NCBI GenBank assembly: GCA_019057815.1
Contig: JAHLWR010000005.1
Span: 96,001 to 160,000 of the forward strand
Source of the DNA: Candidatus Heimdallarchaeota archaeon
GTDB lineage: Archaea > Asgardarchaeota > Heimdallarchaeia > Heimdallarchaeales > Heimdallarchaeaceae
Direction of reading: 5' to 3'
Length of the DNA stretch: 64,000 nt
The notes beneath the pieces were generated by a model, which had not been told where the DNA came from, searched no databases, and saw only the letters and a list, made by a program, of their open reading frames with translations. This document shows positions 1 to 10,031 of this stretch, in pieces. A program made the position numbers and the translations under genes. Within the stretch, counting starts at the first letter, position 1. Each line of letters begins with the position of its first letter.

Positions 1-64
1 CTTCAAAGTTTTGTTTCTCCTTAAAAATAAACTGAATATCATCATAGTTACTTATTGATTCCAT
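1..64 (-). CDS. 5' end of a hypothetical protein running off the window (MESISNYDDIQFIFKEKQNFE...)
   Basis: ATG at 64 preceded by AAGGAG; frame open to the window edge. Confidence 0.55.
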   Translation of the reverse strand, partial: MESISNYDDIQFIFKEKQNFE

Positions 65-224
65 CTCATTATCTCCTTAACATTAATTTATACCACTTGC
101 TTTTTAATGACTAGGTTTTATGATATAATTCTGTCTTCTTGTCGCCTAACAGAATCTTTCGCGGAGAGCCAAGGCTGGAAACAAAAAGTTATCATAAAAT
201 AAAAAAAGAAATAAAAAGAGGAAA

Positions 225-959
225 TTATTTCTTCCCTTTTCTTCTTCCACTTCTTCTAGCTGCAATCAGGCCTACTTTTCTACCTGGTTGAGCATTTCGA
301 GAAACAGTTGTTGAACGAGGGGGTCCTTGATGAGCACCACCACCATGTGGATGAGAGACAGGATTCATAGCTACTCCCCTGACTTTTGGCCAATAATGTC
401 CTTTTGCTTTCATAAGATGATGTTTAACTCCTGCCTTGACGAATGGCTTTTCTGTTCGCCCGCCACCAGCTACAATGCCAATCGTTGCTCTACACCTTTG
501 AGGAATTTCCTTCATTTCACCACTAGGTAGTTGAAGCGTAAGTTTACCTTTATCGCGGCCTAGAATTGTTGCATATCCCCCACTAGAGCGAATTAACCGC
601 CCTCCATCTCCTGGAGTAAGTTCAATATTAAAGACAGGGGCTCCATCTGGAATAGCTTGTAATGGCATTGTGTTTCCTAGGCTAACAGTTGCTTCTGAAC
701 CGTACTCTATTGTTTGTCCTACTCGTATTCCTTCAGAAGGTAGAATTATTTTCTTTAATCCATCGTCAAAAAGTATCTCGGCTACAGGAGCACCTCTACC
801 TGGATCATGAACGATGTCTTTTACAACACCAGTTATTATTCCTGAATATTCAATTTTAGCTATTTTCCTATATTTAACACTACCTTTCTTTTTATGGGAA
901 GCAGCTCGAAATTGTGAAGTTCCTCTACCTCTCCTTTGAACAAGAATTTTCTTACCCAT
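225..959 (-). CDS. rpl2: 50S ribosomal protein uL2
   Basis: MGKKILVQRRGRG start, HDPGRGAP, VRGVAMNPVSHPHGGG motifs. Confidence 0.98.
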   Translation of the reverse strand: MGKKILVQRRGRGTSQFRAASHKKKGSVKYRKIAKIEYSGIITGVVKDIVHDPGRGAPVAEILFDDGLKKIILPSEGIRVGQTIEYGSEATVSLGNTMPLQAIPDGAPVFNIELTPGDGGRLIRSSGGYATILGRDKGKLTLQLPSGEMKEIPQRCRATIGIVAGGGRTEKPFVKAGVKHHLMKAKGHYWPKVRGVAMNPVSHPHGGGAHQGPPRSTTVSRNAQPGRKVGLIAARRSGRRKGKK

Positions 960-972
960 TTTATCACCTTCT

Positions 973-1233
973 TTAGAATAACCCCATCTTTGAGGCTATA
1001 TCAGCAGCATCATCAAATTCACTAAGTCTAACATAGGCTTTCTTTTGTCCTTGAGGTGTTATTAAAGTGTTTATTTTCACAACTTGAACGTTATACAACT
1101 TTTCCATAGTGTGCTTTATTTGGTGTTTAGTTGCTTGTCTATCAACTAGAATTACTAGTTTGTTTTCCTTTTCAATCAGTTCAAAATCTTTTTCACTAAT
1201 CAAAGGTTTAATTACTATTTTATATTCATCCAT
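973..1233 (-). CDS. rpl23: 50S ribosomal protein uL23
   Basis: KPLISEK, ATKHQIK, KKAYVRL motifs; operon position. Confidence 0.97.
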   Translation of the reverse strand: MDEYKIVIKPLISEKDFELIEKENKLVILVDRQATKHQIKHTMEKLYNVQVVKINTLITPQGQKKAYVRLSEFDDAADIASKMGLF

Positions 1234-1240
1234 TTTTCAC

Positions 1241-2035
1241 TCACCCAAAACGTTCATTTAAAGTTCTTATTGCATCATCAGTCCAAATAGTGAGTCTACC
1301 AGGGTGAGTACCAGGAGCTAAAAGTTCGGTTGTAAGTTGTTTCACCTCTACAATTGTTGCACCTAGAATATTGTTTCCAGCTTTGATTAGGTCGCAATTG
1401 TTATTCCCAACTATTAATAAAGGACCCACAGGAACCTTATACTTGCGCCCTCTTCGTTTTCCTTTACCAGGTCTTATATTCTTTCCATTTTTCACCCTAT
1501 TCAAATCAGGAGACAAACCTAAATTATCCAAAAGTTTAACAACATCCCTAGTTTTTACAAGTGTTTCAGCTTTAGATTCCACTACTATTGGGAAATCAAT
1601 TTTTCCTTCAAATTTATGACCTCTTTGACTTACATGTTCTTCATGTATAGTATATGCTATAGCGGATTTAAGAGCTAAGAGATGTTCTTTTCTATTAACT
1701 TTCTCAATTATTTTTTTCTCAGCTTTAGGAGGATGTGCTTTATGACCTCCCCTTACATTAGGAATAAAAGCTGCTCTTTGTGCACTATGAGTTCGTGAAC
1801 CTTTTCGTCTTGGAACTCTTGCAGCTCCTCTACCTGTTCCCCAATTCTCAACAGCTACAAGGCGACCAGCTAATGGACTAACCCCTTTTGGTTGTCTCTT
1901 CCAACTTTGTTCTGCAAGAACTGCCCTTCTTATCACATCAGGGCGCAAAGGTGTTCTAAATACAGATGGAAGTTTGATTGATTCTGATTTTTTCTTCCCA
2001 TTTATTGAATAAATTGCTACATTCATTTTTATCAT
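1241..2035 (-). CDS. rpl4: 50S ribosomal protein uL4
   Basis: RPDVIRRAV, WGTGRGAARVPR, LLAPGTHPGRLTIWT motifs. Confidence 0.97.
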   Translation of the reverse strand: MIKMNVAIYSINGKKKSESIKLPSVFRTPLRPDVIRRAVLAEQSWKRQPKGVSPLAGRLVAVENWGTGRGAARVPRRKGSRTHSAQRAAFIPNVRGGHKAHPPKAEKKIIEKVNRKEHLLALKSAIAYTIHEEHVSQRGHKFEGKIDFPIVVESKAETLVKTRDVVKLLDNLGLSPDLNRVKNGKNIRPGKGKRRGRKYKVPVGPLLIVGNNNCDLIKAGNNILGATIVEVKQLTTELLAPGTHPGRLTIWTDDAIRTLNERFG

Positions 2036-2042
2036 CTCGCAC

Positions 2043-3053
2043 TTAACCTTGTTGGCTCTCCGTTGAGATGTAAAGAATCCTAGGTTCTTTTTCTGGTTGT
2101 GGTGTTTTTCTCATAGGTTCTCTAAGCATTACTGTCCTTTTTTTAGAACCAGGAATTGACCCTTTAAGTAACACATAATTATTTTTAACTAATCCGTAGT
2201 TAACAAAACCACCTTTGGGAACAATTTCTGCGCCATCTGATCCAATTTGCATTATACGTTTATTATACTCAGTACGGACATTAAAACCCATTTGTCCATA
2301 TCGGGGAATTGTCCACATCGTACGACCAGGAGTCCATGGACCTATAGAACCGACACCACGTTTTGTTCCTTTCGATTTGTGTTGAAGGATTTTTACTCCA
2401 TGCCTTTTTACAGGACCTTGAAATCCTTTACCTTTCGTTACACCAATAGAATCTACAAATTCACCAGGTTTAAAAACGTCTCGTATAAGAACTTCCTTTC
2501 CGAGTAGTGAAAGACCATACTCATAACCATCACTAATGCTTTTATAACCAATTTTGATTTCAGCAATTGAAGGAGTTTTCATTCCAATACCTGTTAAGTG
2601 TGGTTGAGTATGAACTATAGCTCGAAGTTCATCAATTTCATCAAGCTTTTCCTCGAATATTTTCTTTGTTTTCTCAAAATCATAGTTTTTTGGAGTTTTA
2701 ACTTTACGTTCAAGTTCATCCTTTCTTTCTAGAGTTCTGAGGTCTGCTATAATTTCAAGACCATAAGGAGTCTTGTTGTATCCACGTAGACCGAAAACGA
2801 CCATTGGTGGTGTTTCGACTACCGTCACTGATACTGTCACCTCTCTATTTGCCAGATGGCTTCTTGGACGGTCTACAACATAAACACAATGTGTCATCCC
2901 GGCTTTGAAACCAAGAAAACCCATTAGTTTTGAGGAGCCATCGTGTTCTGGCCATGCTCGAGGTGAAGGTACTATTCGTCTTGCTCTAACCCTTCGATAT
3001 CCTAATGATGATCGATGGGGTGCACTTACCCTTCTGTGACCCACATTATACAC
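2043..3053 (-). CDS. rpl3: 50S ribosomal protein uL3
   Basis: GFKAGMTH, VTKGKGFQGPVKR, GQMGFNVRTEYNK motifs. Confidence 0.97.
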   Translation of the reverse strand: MYNVGHRRVSAPHRSSLGYRRVRARRIVPSPRAWPEHDGSSKLMGFLGFKAGMTHCVYVVDRPRSHLANREVTVSVTVVETPPMVVFGLRGYNKTPYGLEIIADLRTLERKDELERKVKTPKNYDFEKTKKIFEEKLDEIDELRAIVHTQPHLTGIGMKTPSIAEIKIGYKSISDGYEYGLSLLGKEVLIRDVFKPGEFVDSIGVTKGKGFQGPVKRHGVKILQHKSKGTKRGVGSIGPWTPGRTMWTIPRYGQMGFNVRTEYNKRIMQIGSDGAEIVPKGGFVNYGLVKNNYVLLKGSIPGSKKRTVMLREPMRKTPQPEKEPRILYISTESQQG

Positions 3054-3223
3054 GTCCTTTCATATTGTTGACTTTTATACGCCTTTCATTTACAATGAAG
3101 ATGTATCGCTATTTTGTACTAACTTCTATACAAAATGTGCTCTAACGTCGTACTCCCTCAATGATAACATCATATAAATATGTCGTTCTTTTAGTTTTAA
3201 AAAACGCTTTTTGAAACGTTCTA

Positions 3224-4258
3224 CTAATTTTTAACGTTTATTAAGTAACTCCCTCGTTCTTTTATAACTTCAATTTTAGATCTAGTTAACTTGTGTATAA
3301 GATCAATATTAGTTTTGGTGTGATTTGTAATTTTTCCTGTAAGAATACTGGAGTTTCCATCTGTTAGGGCCATTGGAACGATTAATTGATCGGCTGCATA
3401 TTCGTCTACTGTTGAATTACCTTCATAGTTTTTTTTCCATTTGTGTGCACATAGTTTTCCTACATGTTCAGAGGTTAATTTTCTATCTCCAGTAACAAAA
3501 CACCCTGTAATACCACCATTTGAGTAATGACTTATAACAGTTAATCCAGTTCCTGGGGAAAGGCTGTTTACATACTTTACTCTAGGAATTATATCTATAT
3601 TAACATTAATAGCGCTTAAAAAAGAATTAAGCTGTCTTTCAGCTACTTTTCTTTGTCTGAGAATAGATGACGCTATTGAATAAACCTTTAAACTAATTAA
3701 ATCACCTTTATCATTTAATATTAAAGGTTCTAGAGAAGTATGCTTGTGAAAAGAAAATTCGCATTTTGCTCCTCCTTTAGGATAAAAACCATATTTTCCT
3801 ATCTTTAAAGTAATTTGTTTATTCATATTGCTCAACAACGGATAGATTACACTTTCTATGTACTCAACAGATGGAGCCCATTTTCCATGTGTTGCCCCTC
3901 CATTAATAACTAACTCTATAGTCCTTGTTTGAGAAAAAGCATAGTATAAAACTGCTTGAGCTACTAAGGGAATGCTTCCCGCAGTTTTTATATTTACTTT
4001 AGCTAAATCACACTTAGCTTTTCCAGGAGAAACCTCAATTGCAGAACTACCTATCCTACAACCCTTAATTTTCATTCCAGAGAGTTGTTGAATCGCTCTA
4101 ACTGCCTCTACATGCTGTGCTTGAAGACCAGGATTTGGACGGTTAGACCTAATATTTTCTAGTTTAATAGGGGTTTTTGTTGTAGTCGCTAAAGCCAGTG
4201 CTATTCTTATTATTGACCCCCCTCCTTCGCCTATAGAACAGTCTACTCTATATATCAT
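3224..4258 (-). CDS. rtcA: RNA 3'-terminal phosphate cyclase
   Basis: GEGGGSIIR, RPNPGLQAQH, GFYPKGG, ADQLIVPMAL and the His-containing TNHTKTN motif. Confidence 0.92.
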   Translation of the reverse strand: MIYRVDCSIGEGGGSIIRIALALATTTKTPIKLENIRSNRPNPGLQAQHVEAVRAIQQLSGMKIKGCRIGSSAIEVSPGKAKCDLAKVNIKTAGSIPLVAQAVLYYAFSQTRTIELVINGGATHGKWAPSVEYIESVIYPLLSNMNKQITLKIGKYGFYPKGGAKCEFSFHKHTSLEPLILNDKGDLISLKVYSIASSILRQRKVAERQLNSFLSAINVNIDIIPRVKYVNSLSPGTGLTVISHYSNGGITGCFVTGDRKLTSEHVGKLCAHKWKKNYEGNSTVDEYAADQLIVPMALTDGNSSILTGKITNHTKTNIDLIHKLTRSKIEVIKERGSYLINVKN

Positions 4259-4295
4259 CTTAAATTAAAGAATTGAAAGAAGGAAATAAAAAAGT

Positions 4296-4709
4296 TTATC
4301 GATAGGATTTCTGAAATCTTGAACGAGAACTTCTTCCACCAAAGTGTTTTGGTTCTGTTCTTCTTGGATCTCCAGAAACTATTGTTTTGTCATATATAAC
4401 AAACTTTTCTTTAAGACTCAAATCCTCAAAATACTCAATAAGGCCACGAGCAATAGCTGTACGAATAGCATCAGCTTGTCCAATAACACCTCCCCCTCTA
4501 ACATTTGCTTTTATATCTACTTTATTTCTCATGTCCTCTCCTGCTAGTGAAAAAACTTCATTCACTTTTACCCTACTTAGCTCATTGGGGAGGATTTCTA
4601 GGGGGACACCGTTAACTCTTACTTTTCCTTTTCCTTTCTTTATAGTTACACGAGCGATTGCAGTTTTTCGTTTTCCAGAAGAAACAATTACTTTACCCAC
4701 ATCTTTCAC
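4296..4709 (-). CDS. rps9: 30S ribosomal protein uS9 (likely GTG start at 4709)
   Basis: GKRKTAIAR, GGGVIGQADA, C-terminal QKSYR. Confidence 0.96.
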   Translation of the reverse strand: MKDVGKVIVSSGKRKTAIARVTIKKGKGKVRVNGVPLEILPNELSRVKVNEVFSLAGEDMRNKVDIKANVRGGGVIGQADAIRTAIARGLIEYFEDLSLKEKFVIYDKTIVSGDPRRTEPKHFGGRSSRSRFQKSYR

Positions 4710-4711
4710 CT

Positions 4712-5182
4712 TTAATCTTGCCAACCAAATTCCTTGCAAAGATCACCAATCGTAATTGATTTGCAGTTTAATTTATCCGCATCTGCATGTTTTGGTTTTA
4801 TTAATTCTTGCCCTACAAATTCTTTTGGAATACCAATATAGGTCATTAATCTATGGTGGGCCGCTTTACCACGGCTTTTCTTCATTGGTAACATTCCTCT
4901 TACAGTACGCCTGACTAAACGATCAGGACGTTTTGGATGAAAGGGTCCCCTTCGAGGATTTGTTGCAGTATGAATTTGCTGGATTTCTCTATATTCTTTT
5001 AATATTGAATGTTTTTTGCCAGATATTATTGCCTTCTCGCAATTAACAATATTTACAGCATGTCCTTCTAACAAGTATTTTGCTACTTCAGAACTTAAAC
5101 GGCCTAAAACGGCATTTTTTGCGTCAATATGTATTTTAGGGACGATGGTTGGCTGTTCTACATCTTTTATTCCTTTTTGCAT
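4712..5182 (-). CDS. rpl13: 50S ribosomal protein uL13
   Basis: IDAKNAVLGRL, RRTVRGMLP motifs. Confidence 0.96.
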   Translation of the reverse strand: MQKGIKDVEQPTIVPKIHIDAKNAVLGRLSSEVAKYLLEGHAVNIVNCEKAIISGKKHSILKEYREIQQIHTATNPRRGPFHPKRPDRLVRRTVRGMLPMKKSRGKAAHHRLMTYIGIPKEFVGQELIKPKHADADKLNCKSITIGDLCKEFGWQD

Positions 5183-5195
5183 AGTTTATGCACCA

Positions 5196-5561
5196 TTAAA
5201 CAATTATTCTAGTTTTACTGATTTCAGGTTTTGAATCCATGAAATCTTTAATTGATAGGAAGGTGCTCTTTGAATTCTTAATTTTCTCTGTTGCCATTTC
5301 GGAAGCTTTAAGCGCAGCAATAGTTACTGTATGTTCTAAATCCCCAGAACTTAATACGCTTCCAGGAATAATCACTATGTCACCTTCTTTTGTATTCCTG
5401 TTTATTTTACTTAAGTTCACCGACGTTCTTTGTCTTCTGGAATTTTCAAGCCTTTCTGCTACAGTCTTCCATAAAGCTATTTTGGTTTCGGAGGATAGTT
5501 TTTTTAATTGATTTATTAAATCTTTTACATTTGGATCAGTGGGGCCGGTTCTTTTAGGCAT
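5196..5561 (-). CDS. rpl18e: 50S ribosomal protein eL18
   Basis: KRTGPTDP, VNLSKINR, IPGSVLSSG motifs. Confidence 0.95.
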   Translation of the reverse strand: MPKRTGPTDPNVKDLINQLKKLSSETKIALWKTVAERLENSRRQRTSVNLSKINRNTKEGDIVIIPGSVLSSGDLEHTVTIAALKASEMATEKIKNSKSTFLSIKDFMDSKPEISKTRIIV

Positions 5562-5563
5562 TT

Positions 5564-6400
5564 TTATTCACTCTTTTCTTTCTCTTCAATAATCGTAGTT
5601 TCCAGTTCATTTTTGAATTCTTCGATTTTAGCTATAAGTATCTCTCCTGCGTTTACCAAAAGTGATGAAATCTCTTGTCCACCATTTGTTTCAAAGGAAA
5701 AAATAGTTTTTGAAGCATCATGACCTATTGTAATTGCTTCTGGTTCACATGTAGGTTTGCAATGTTTGCATAGCGTACATCTCAACGGATTTACAACTTT
5801 GACGCTGTTTCCGACTTTTTGAAAAACACCTCTATAACAAATATCGATGCAAGCCAAACAATTATTACATTTTTCTTGGTTTATTTCTGGTATTGGAAAT
5901 TCTTGATATCCTATAGCTGATACAGGTTGCCATTTTGCATGTTCTTTACCACGACCTAGTTGAGCCATACATTCGAGTTCCAATGATTGATTAGGGCCCA
6001 ACTTAACGATTGGTATATTGTCACTTATTGGTTTAACACCTTCTTGTAATGAAATCAAATCACCACTATACACAATGGATGTTGTTTGATTATCTGTTTC
6101 TTTTGAAAGTGTTAGTGTTACAGTGCACAAATTGCAACCAATCCCCCCACAATCACAATCTTCTCTAAAATTTAATTCCAAGATACCTTCATCATATTTA
6201 AGTGGAACTAAGCCAAGTCTATGTGCAATGAATTCATCAAAAAGTGGTGATGTATTTTTTAATACATAAACGTCCTCAATTATAAGAGTTGGAACTTCCG
6301 CTAAAGTTATACGACGAATAGTGTTAGCAAAGGCTAATGTAATATCCGCCAAGACGAATTTGGTAGAGTTGGGAAACAACTCAATAAGCTCAATATCCAT
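5564..6400 (-). CDS. rpoD: RNA polymerase subunit Rpo3/D with a Cys4 motif and a ferredoxin-like domain (start likely 6400)
   Basis: FANTIRR, FDEFIAHRLGLVPL, GKEHAKWQP; CxxCxxCxxxC twice. Confidence 0.95.
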   Translation of the reverse strand: MDIELIELFPNSTKFVLADITLAFANTIRRITLAEVPTLIIEDVYVLKNTSPLFDEFIAHRLGLVPLKYDEGILELNFREDCDCGGIGCNLCTVTLTLSKETDNQTTSIVYSGDLISLQEGVKPISDNIPIVKLGPNQSLELECMAQLGRGKEHAKWQPVSAIGYQEFPIPEINQEKCNNCLACIDICYRGVFQKVGNSVKVVNPLRCTLCKHCKPTCEPEAITIGHDASKTIFSFETNGGQEISSLLVNAGEILIAKIEEFKNELETTIIEEKEKSE

Positions 6401-6728
6401 AATTAACCCAACAACAAGTGGTTCTGTATCGGTCGCAATAATCACAATAAAAAAGCTTTTCCATGAGCGACAAGTTCTACAACATCATAGTTAAATTCAT
6501 TTGTAAAACTAGTAATAACCATCATAAAGTTCTTACTCGCACACTTCGGCATTTATGTTTTAGATAACTATTTTGTTGTGTTTTCAAAATACATATAAAT
6601 ATTAATAATAACCTGTTTAATTAACTCTTTGAACAGCTGTATATCATCAAGAAAATTATGATAGCTTTTGTTTGACAAAAGACAATACTCTGCACTTATT
6701 TACAAATAAGAAAAGAGCTCCTTTTGTT

Positions 6729-7943
6729 TTAATTTTCTTTTATCATTTTCTTTTGATGGTTTATTGCCTTCGCCAAGAATTTTTCTATAACTTCCACAGA
6801 TATATCAGGAATACTAATTAAGGTTGTTTTACCTCTCATACCTTCGCCAGAAAGTTTAGTATATATGATATCTTGTTTTGACAGTTCTTTTATATATGAC
6901 CAAATTTGCGTTTGTTTTCTTGGTTCTTCACCATACTCTTCACAGATAAGACAATAGGAACTTATAACATCGCCTTTGGAAGTATAAGCGTTTTTTGTGT
7001 GTTTTAGTTTGCGGATTATTGAAAGGAGTACTAATTGTTGATGAAATGACAATGTTAATATTATTTCACGACGAACTTCAGGATGAATTAATGCTTTCGC
7101 GGTCCTTACATTATCAGGATAGACAATTGGAGAACACTCATCATCAGCACACTGACCTGCTCCCCATATCAACTCAATTGCATATCTTGCATCACCTGAT
7201 TTTCTAGCAATGTCAGCAACCAAATCTATTGCACCTGTTGTGATAGCGCCTTCATAAAAAGCCATTTCTGTACGAGATCTAATGATATCACGTAAACGTG
7301 ATTCTGAATACTTATCTAGAGACATATGATTTGACCGAAAACTACTACGTGTACTTTCGTCAAGTTCATGGAGGAAATTTAGATTTCTAGCAATAAAAAT
7401 ATAGGATAACCATTGACTTGTTGTCATCTCACTTATACGAAGTAAAACATAAAGAAAATCACTACCAACGCGAGATACTAGATAATCTACTTCATCAAGA
7501 ACCAACATAATCTTTGGTGAATGTAGTTCCAATAAGTGAATAAGAAGTGATTGAAGTTCTTCGAAAGAATATCCTCTAGGAGGTATTGCCTTATCAAGCT
7601 GTCTAACTAACGTGCTAATGATTAAATAGGGACTCTTATAGATGCGACAATTAATATAAACAAAAAGAAATTTTTGACGCTTTAGTACATTTTCAAGCAT
7701 TTGCCCAAATCTCTTGACTAACGTTGTTTTACCAGAACCAGTTGGACCAGTTAGAATAACTTTTCTTAAGGGAGCATCAGATTCAGAGGATATTGTCTTA
7801 AAGTACTTAGCCAAAGTACGCAGCTCCTCTTCCCTATGAGGAAGATGGGGAGGGATAAAATTAACAGAAAGACAACTTATGTTTTTAAATACAGAAGGTT
7901 TTTTTATTAATGAGTTAAAGTAATCTTCATCAGATGAGTACAT
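6729..7943 (-). CDS. cdc6: Orc1/Cdc6 replication initiator
   Basis: LPHREEE, Walker A GPTGSGKT, VLDEVD, GDARYAIEL, C-terminal wHTH with GMRGKTTLI. Confidence 0.95.
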   Translation of the reverse strand: MYSSDEDYFNSLIKKPSVFKNISCLSVNFIPPHLPHREEELRTLAKYFKTISSESDAPLRKVILTGPTGSGKTTLVKRFGQMLENVLKRQKFLFVYINCRIYKSPYLIISTLVRQLDKAIPPRGYSFEELQSLLIHLLELHSPKIMLVLDEVDYLVSRVGSDFLYVLLRISEMTTSQWLSYIFIARNLNFLHELDESTRSSFRSNHMSLDKYSESRLRDIIRSRTEMAFYEGAITTGAIDLVADIARKSGDARYAIELIWGAGQCADDECSPIVYPDNVRTAKALIHPEVRREIILTLSFHQQLVLLSIIRKLKHTKNAYTSKGDVISSYCLICEEYGEEPRKQTQIWSYIKELSKQDIIYTKLSGEGMRGKTTLISIPDISVEVIEKFLAKAINHQKKMIKEN

Positions 7944-8240
7944 TATTATCGTCTCTGAAATAAAAACGAGAAATTCCTTTTTATACTTACCAGACAGACA
8001 TCTCTGAAAGTTATTTTTTGTTTTGTTTGCTGAATTGAGAGTTTAATGAAAAATCACCGGTCTTAGTTCTACTAATGCATTCCCAACAAAGCGCTAAAAC
8101 ATTGAAAGTATTCACGGTCTAGGAAAAGCTCGAAAACAAAATTGTTATTTTAATGAAATATCCTGAAAATTATTACTGGTGTTAAAGGAACTAAGTCGAT
8201 AAAGTTAAAAACCAATAAAAATGAAATCATACAACAATTT

Positions 8241-8325
8241 GCGGAGATTGCCGAGTGGTCAAAGGCGCTGGAATGAGGATCCAGTCCTTAGTGGTCCGGG
8301 AGTTCGAATCTCCCTCTCCGCACCA
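8241..8325 (+). tRNA. tRNA-Leu(GAG)
   Basis: GCGGAGA/TCTCCGC acceptor stem, CTGGA-ATGAGGA-TCCAG anticodon arm, long variable arm, GTTCGAATC, encoded CCA. Confidence 0.95.
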
Positions 8326-8539
8326 TTTTACCCTACGCAACGCAAAAAAACGATTTTTACTAGAAAGCCGTTTTCATTTTAGTTTTTGTCTCTAAAAAAA
8401 ATGAGTTTTTAGGTTATAGACTTCTTTATCCCATAATAAGCTCAATAACTTGTTAAAATAGATTTCACTTTCAATTTCCTCTCTCTTATAATTAAAAAAG
8501 TAAAGTTAGAATAGTGAAACCAGAACAGGTAGAACAGCT

Positions 8540-8836
8540 ATGACAAAAATGGATAATACTTTAATCGTGAAATTCTCAGTAGAGGACGTCTTATCATCTC
8601 GTGGAAGAGTAAGAATCTTAAAATTACTTGCTGATTTGGGAGAATTAAATATTTCCGCAATTTCTAGAACGATAAACCTGAATCATTCAGCAGTCAAAGA
8701 TCACTTGAACTTCTTAGTTAAAGTAGGTTTAATTAAAGAAAAGAAATTTGGGAGAATACTCATTTACCAGTATCAAAATCACAACATACTTGCTCGTTCC
8801 TTAAAACAATTGTTCAAGATTTGGGAAGACAACTAG
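8540..8836 (+). CDS. ArsR-like winged-helix protein, divergent from cdc6
   Basis: SRGRVRILKLL...LNISAISR...HLNFL...GLIKEKKFGR pattern. Confidence 0.8.
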   Translation: MTKMDNTLIVKFSVEDVLSSRGRVRILKLLADLGELNISAISRTINLNHSAVKDHLNFLVKVGLIKEKKFGRILIYQYQNHNILARSLKQLFKIWEDN

Positions 8837-8983
8837 AGCGCGTAACCTTATATTTCTTTGAAAAACTAATCTATGGATTAGTGAGTACCATAGTGTCCAA
8901 TCTGTGAAATATTAATTTTCAATAAATACACATTATGAAAAGAAGAAAAGTTAAAAAGCACCGTTCATTTTTGTAGTTTGATT

Positions 8984-9094
8984 GCCCCGATGGTGTAGCT
9001 TGGCCAATCATTGCGGACTCTCAAATTCTGAGCGTTTGCATACTCTGAATGGAAATCTCCGCAGACCCGGGTTCAAATCCCGGTCGGGGCACCA
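8984..9094 (+). tRNA. tRNA-Glu(CTC) with a 33-nt intron (9024-9056) at position 37/38
   Basis: GCCCCGA/TCGGGGC acceptor stem, GCGGA/TCCGC anticodon stem split by a hairpin-forming insert, GGTTCAAATCC, CCA. Confidence 0.9.
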
Positions 9095-9150
9095 AAAATA
9101 ACAAAAACACAAACATAAACTTATTCTACTTTTACGAAAATTTCAAGACA

Positions 9151-9987
9151 ATGAGGTATTTAGTTCGTACATACTATGAAGGTGAAAGGTACTATGGTTA
9201 TCAAAGACAGTCAGATGTTTTAACTGTCGAAGGAACGATAATTAACGCGTTAATAAAGACAAAATACATAAAGGAACCAGACTCTAGCCAGTTTAAAAGT
9301 GCAAGTAGAACCGACAGAAAAGTAAATGCCTTAGGTAATGTTTTTGCATTTAATACTAATAAAGAACTTGTTCTTAGTCAAGTTAACAGCGTGTTACCGA
9401 AGAATAAATCAATTATTTGTTGGGCATACGCTAATGTTAATAATCTTTTTTCTCCTAGATATGTAAAATGGAAAAAATATTGGTATATACTACCTGTTGA
9501 GATTTTAAAGCAAAAAACAAGTCTTTCATTGAGTGAAATTCGTAAAATCAGCACAAAGTTTGTTGGAAGACATGACTTTGAACTTTTTTGTAAATTAGAC
9601 CATAGAAATACACAAAGAAAAATAAATGAGATAAATATACAACAACAAGGAAATGTAGTAATTTTTGAGTTTATCGCACAATCATTTCTTTGGGAACAAG
9701 TAAGAAGAATCATGGCATATTGCATTCAATATCCATTATTAAATAAGAAACTACAGGACACAGAATTTTTGCTTTCATTTAATTCTAAGAAAGAAGACAT
9801 AAATCTAAAACCAGCTAATCCTGCTTGGCTAACGCTTACAGAACTTTACTACGAAAATATTCACTGGATTTATGACAGAAAAGAAATTGAAAAAATAAAT
9901 AGAAAAACGTGTAAAGATCTAAAATCATTAAAACAACAAGTTTCTCAAAAAGAAGTAATTCAAAACTTTTTCCACACTATAAACTGA
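9151..9987 (+). CDS. truA: tRNA pseudouridine(38-40) synthase (start 9151; the ORF-track extension overlaps the tRNA)
   Basis: YYGYQRQ, TVEG, ASRTDRKVNA, GRHDF, SFLWEQVRR motifs. Confidence 0.9.
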   Translation: MRYLVRTYYEGERYYGYQRQSDVLTVEGTIINALIKTKYIKEPDSSQFKSASRTDRKVNALGNVFAFNTNKELVLSQVNSVLPKNKSIICWAYANVNNLFSPRYVKWKKYWYILPVEILKQKTSLSLSEIRKISTKFVGRHDFELFCKLDHRNTQRKINEINIQQQGNVVIFEFIAQSFLWEQVRRIMAYCIQYPLLNKKLQDTEFLLSFNSKKEDINLKPANPAWLTLTELYYENIHWIYDRKEIEKINRKTCKDLKSLKQQVSQKEVIQNFFHTIN

Positions 9988-10031
9988 GTATTTTGATTGA
10001 TAATCTTATAAAAAATGGAGATAGAATATCT

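Noticed and set aside
128-182. GC-richer patch downstream of rpl2 as an ncRNA or SECIS
   Set aside because: Alternative weak folds, no recognisable motif, and no Sec-containing gene nearby
9049-9150. N-terminal extension of the TruA ORF
   Set aside because: Overlaps tRNA-Glu; the TruA-like sequence starts at 9151
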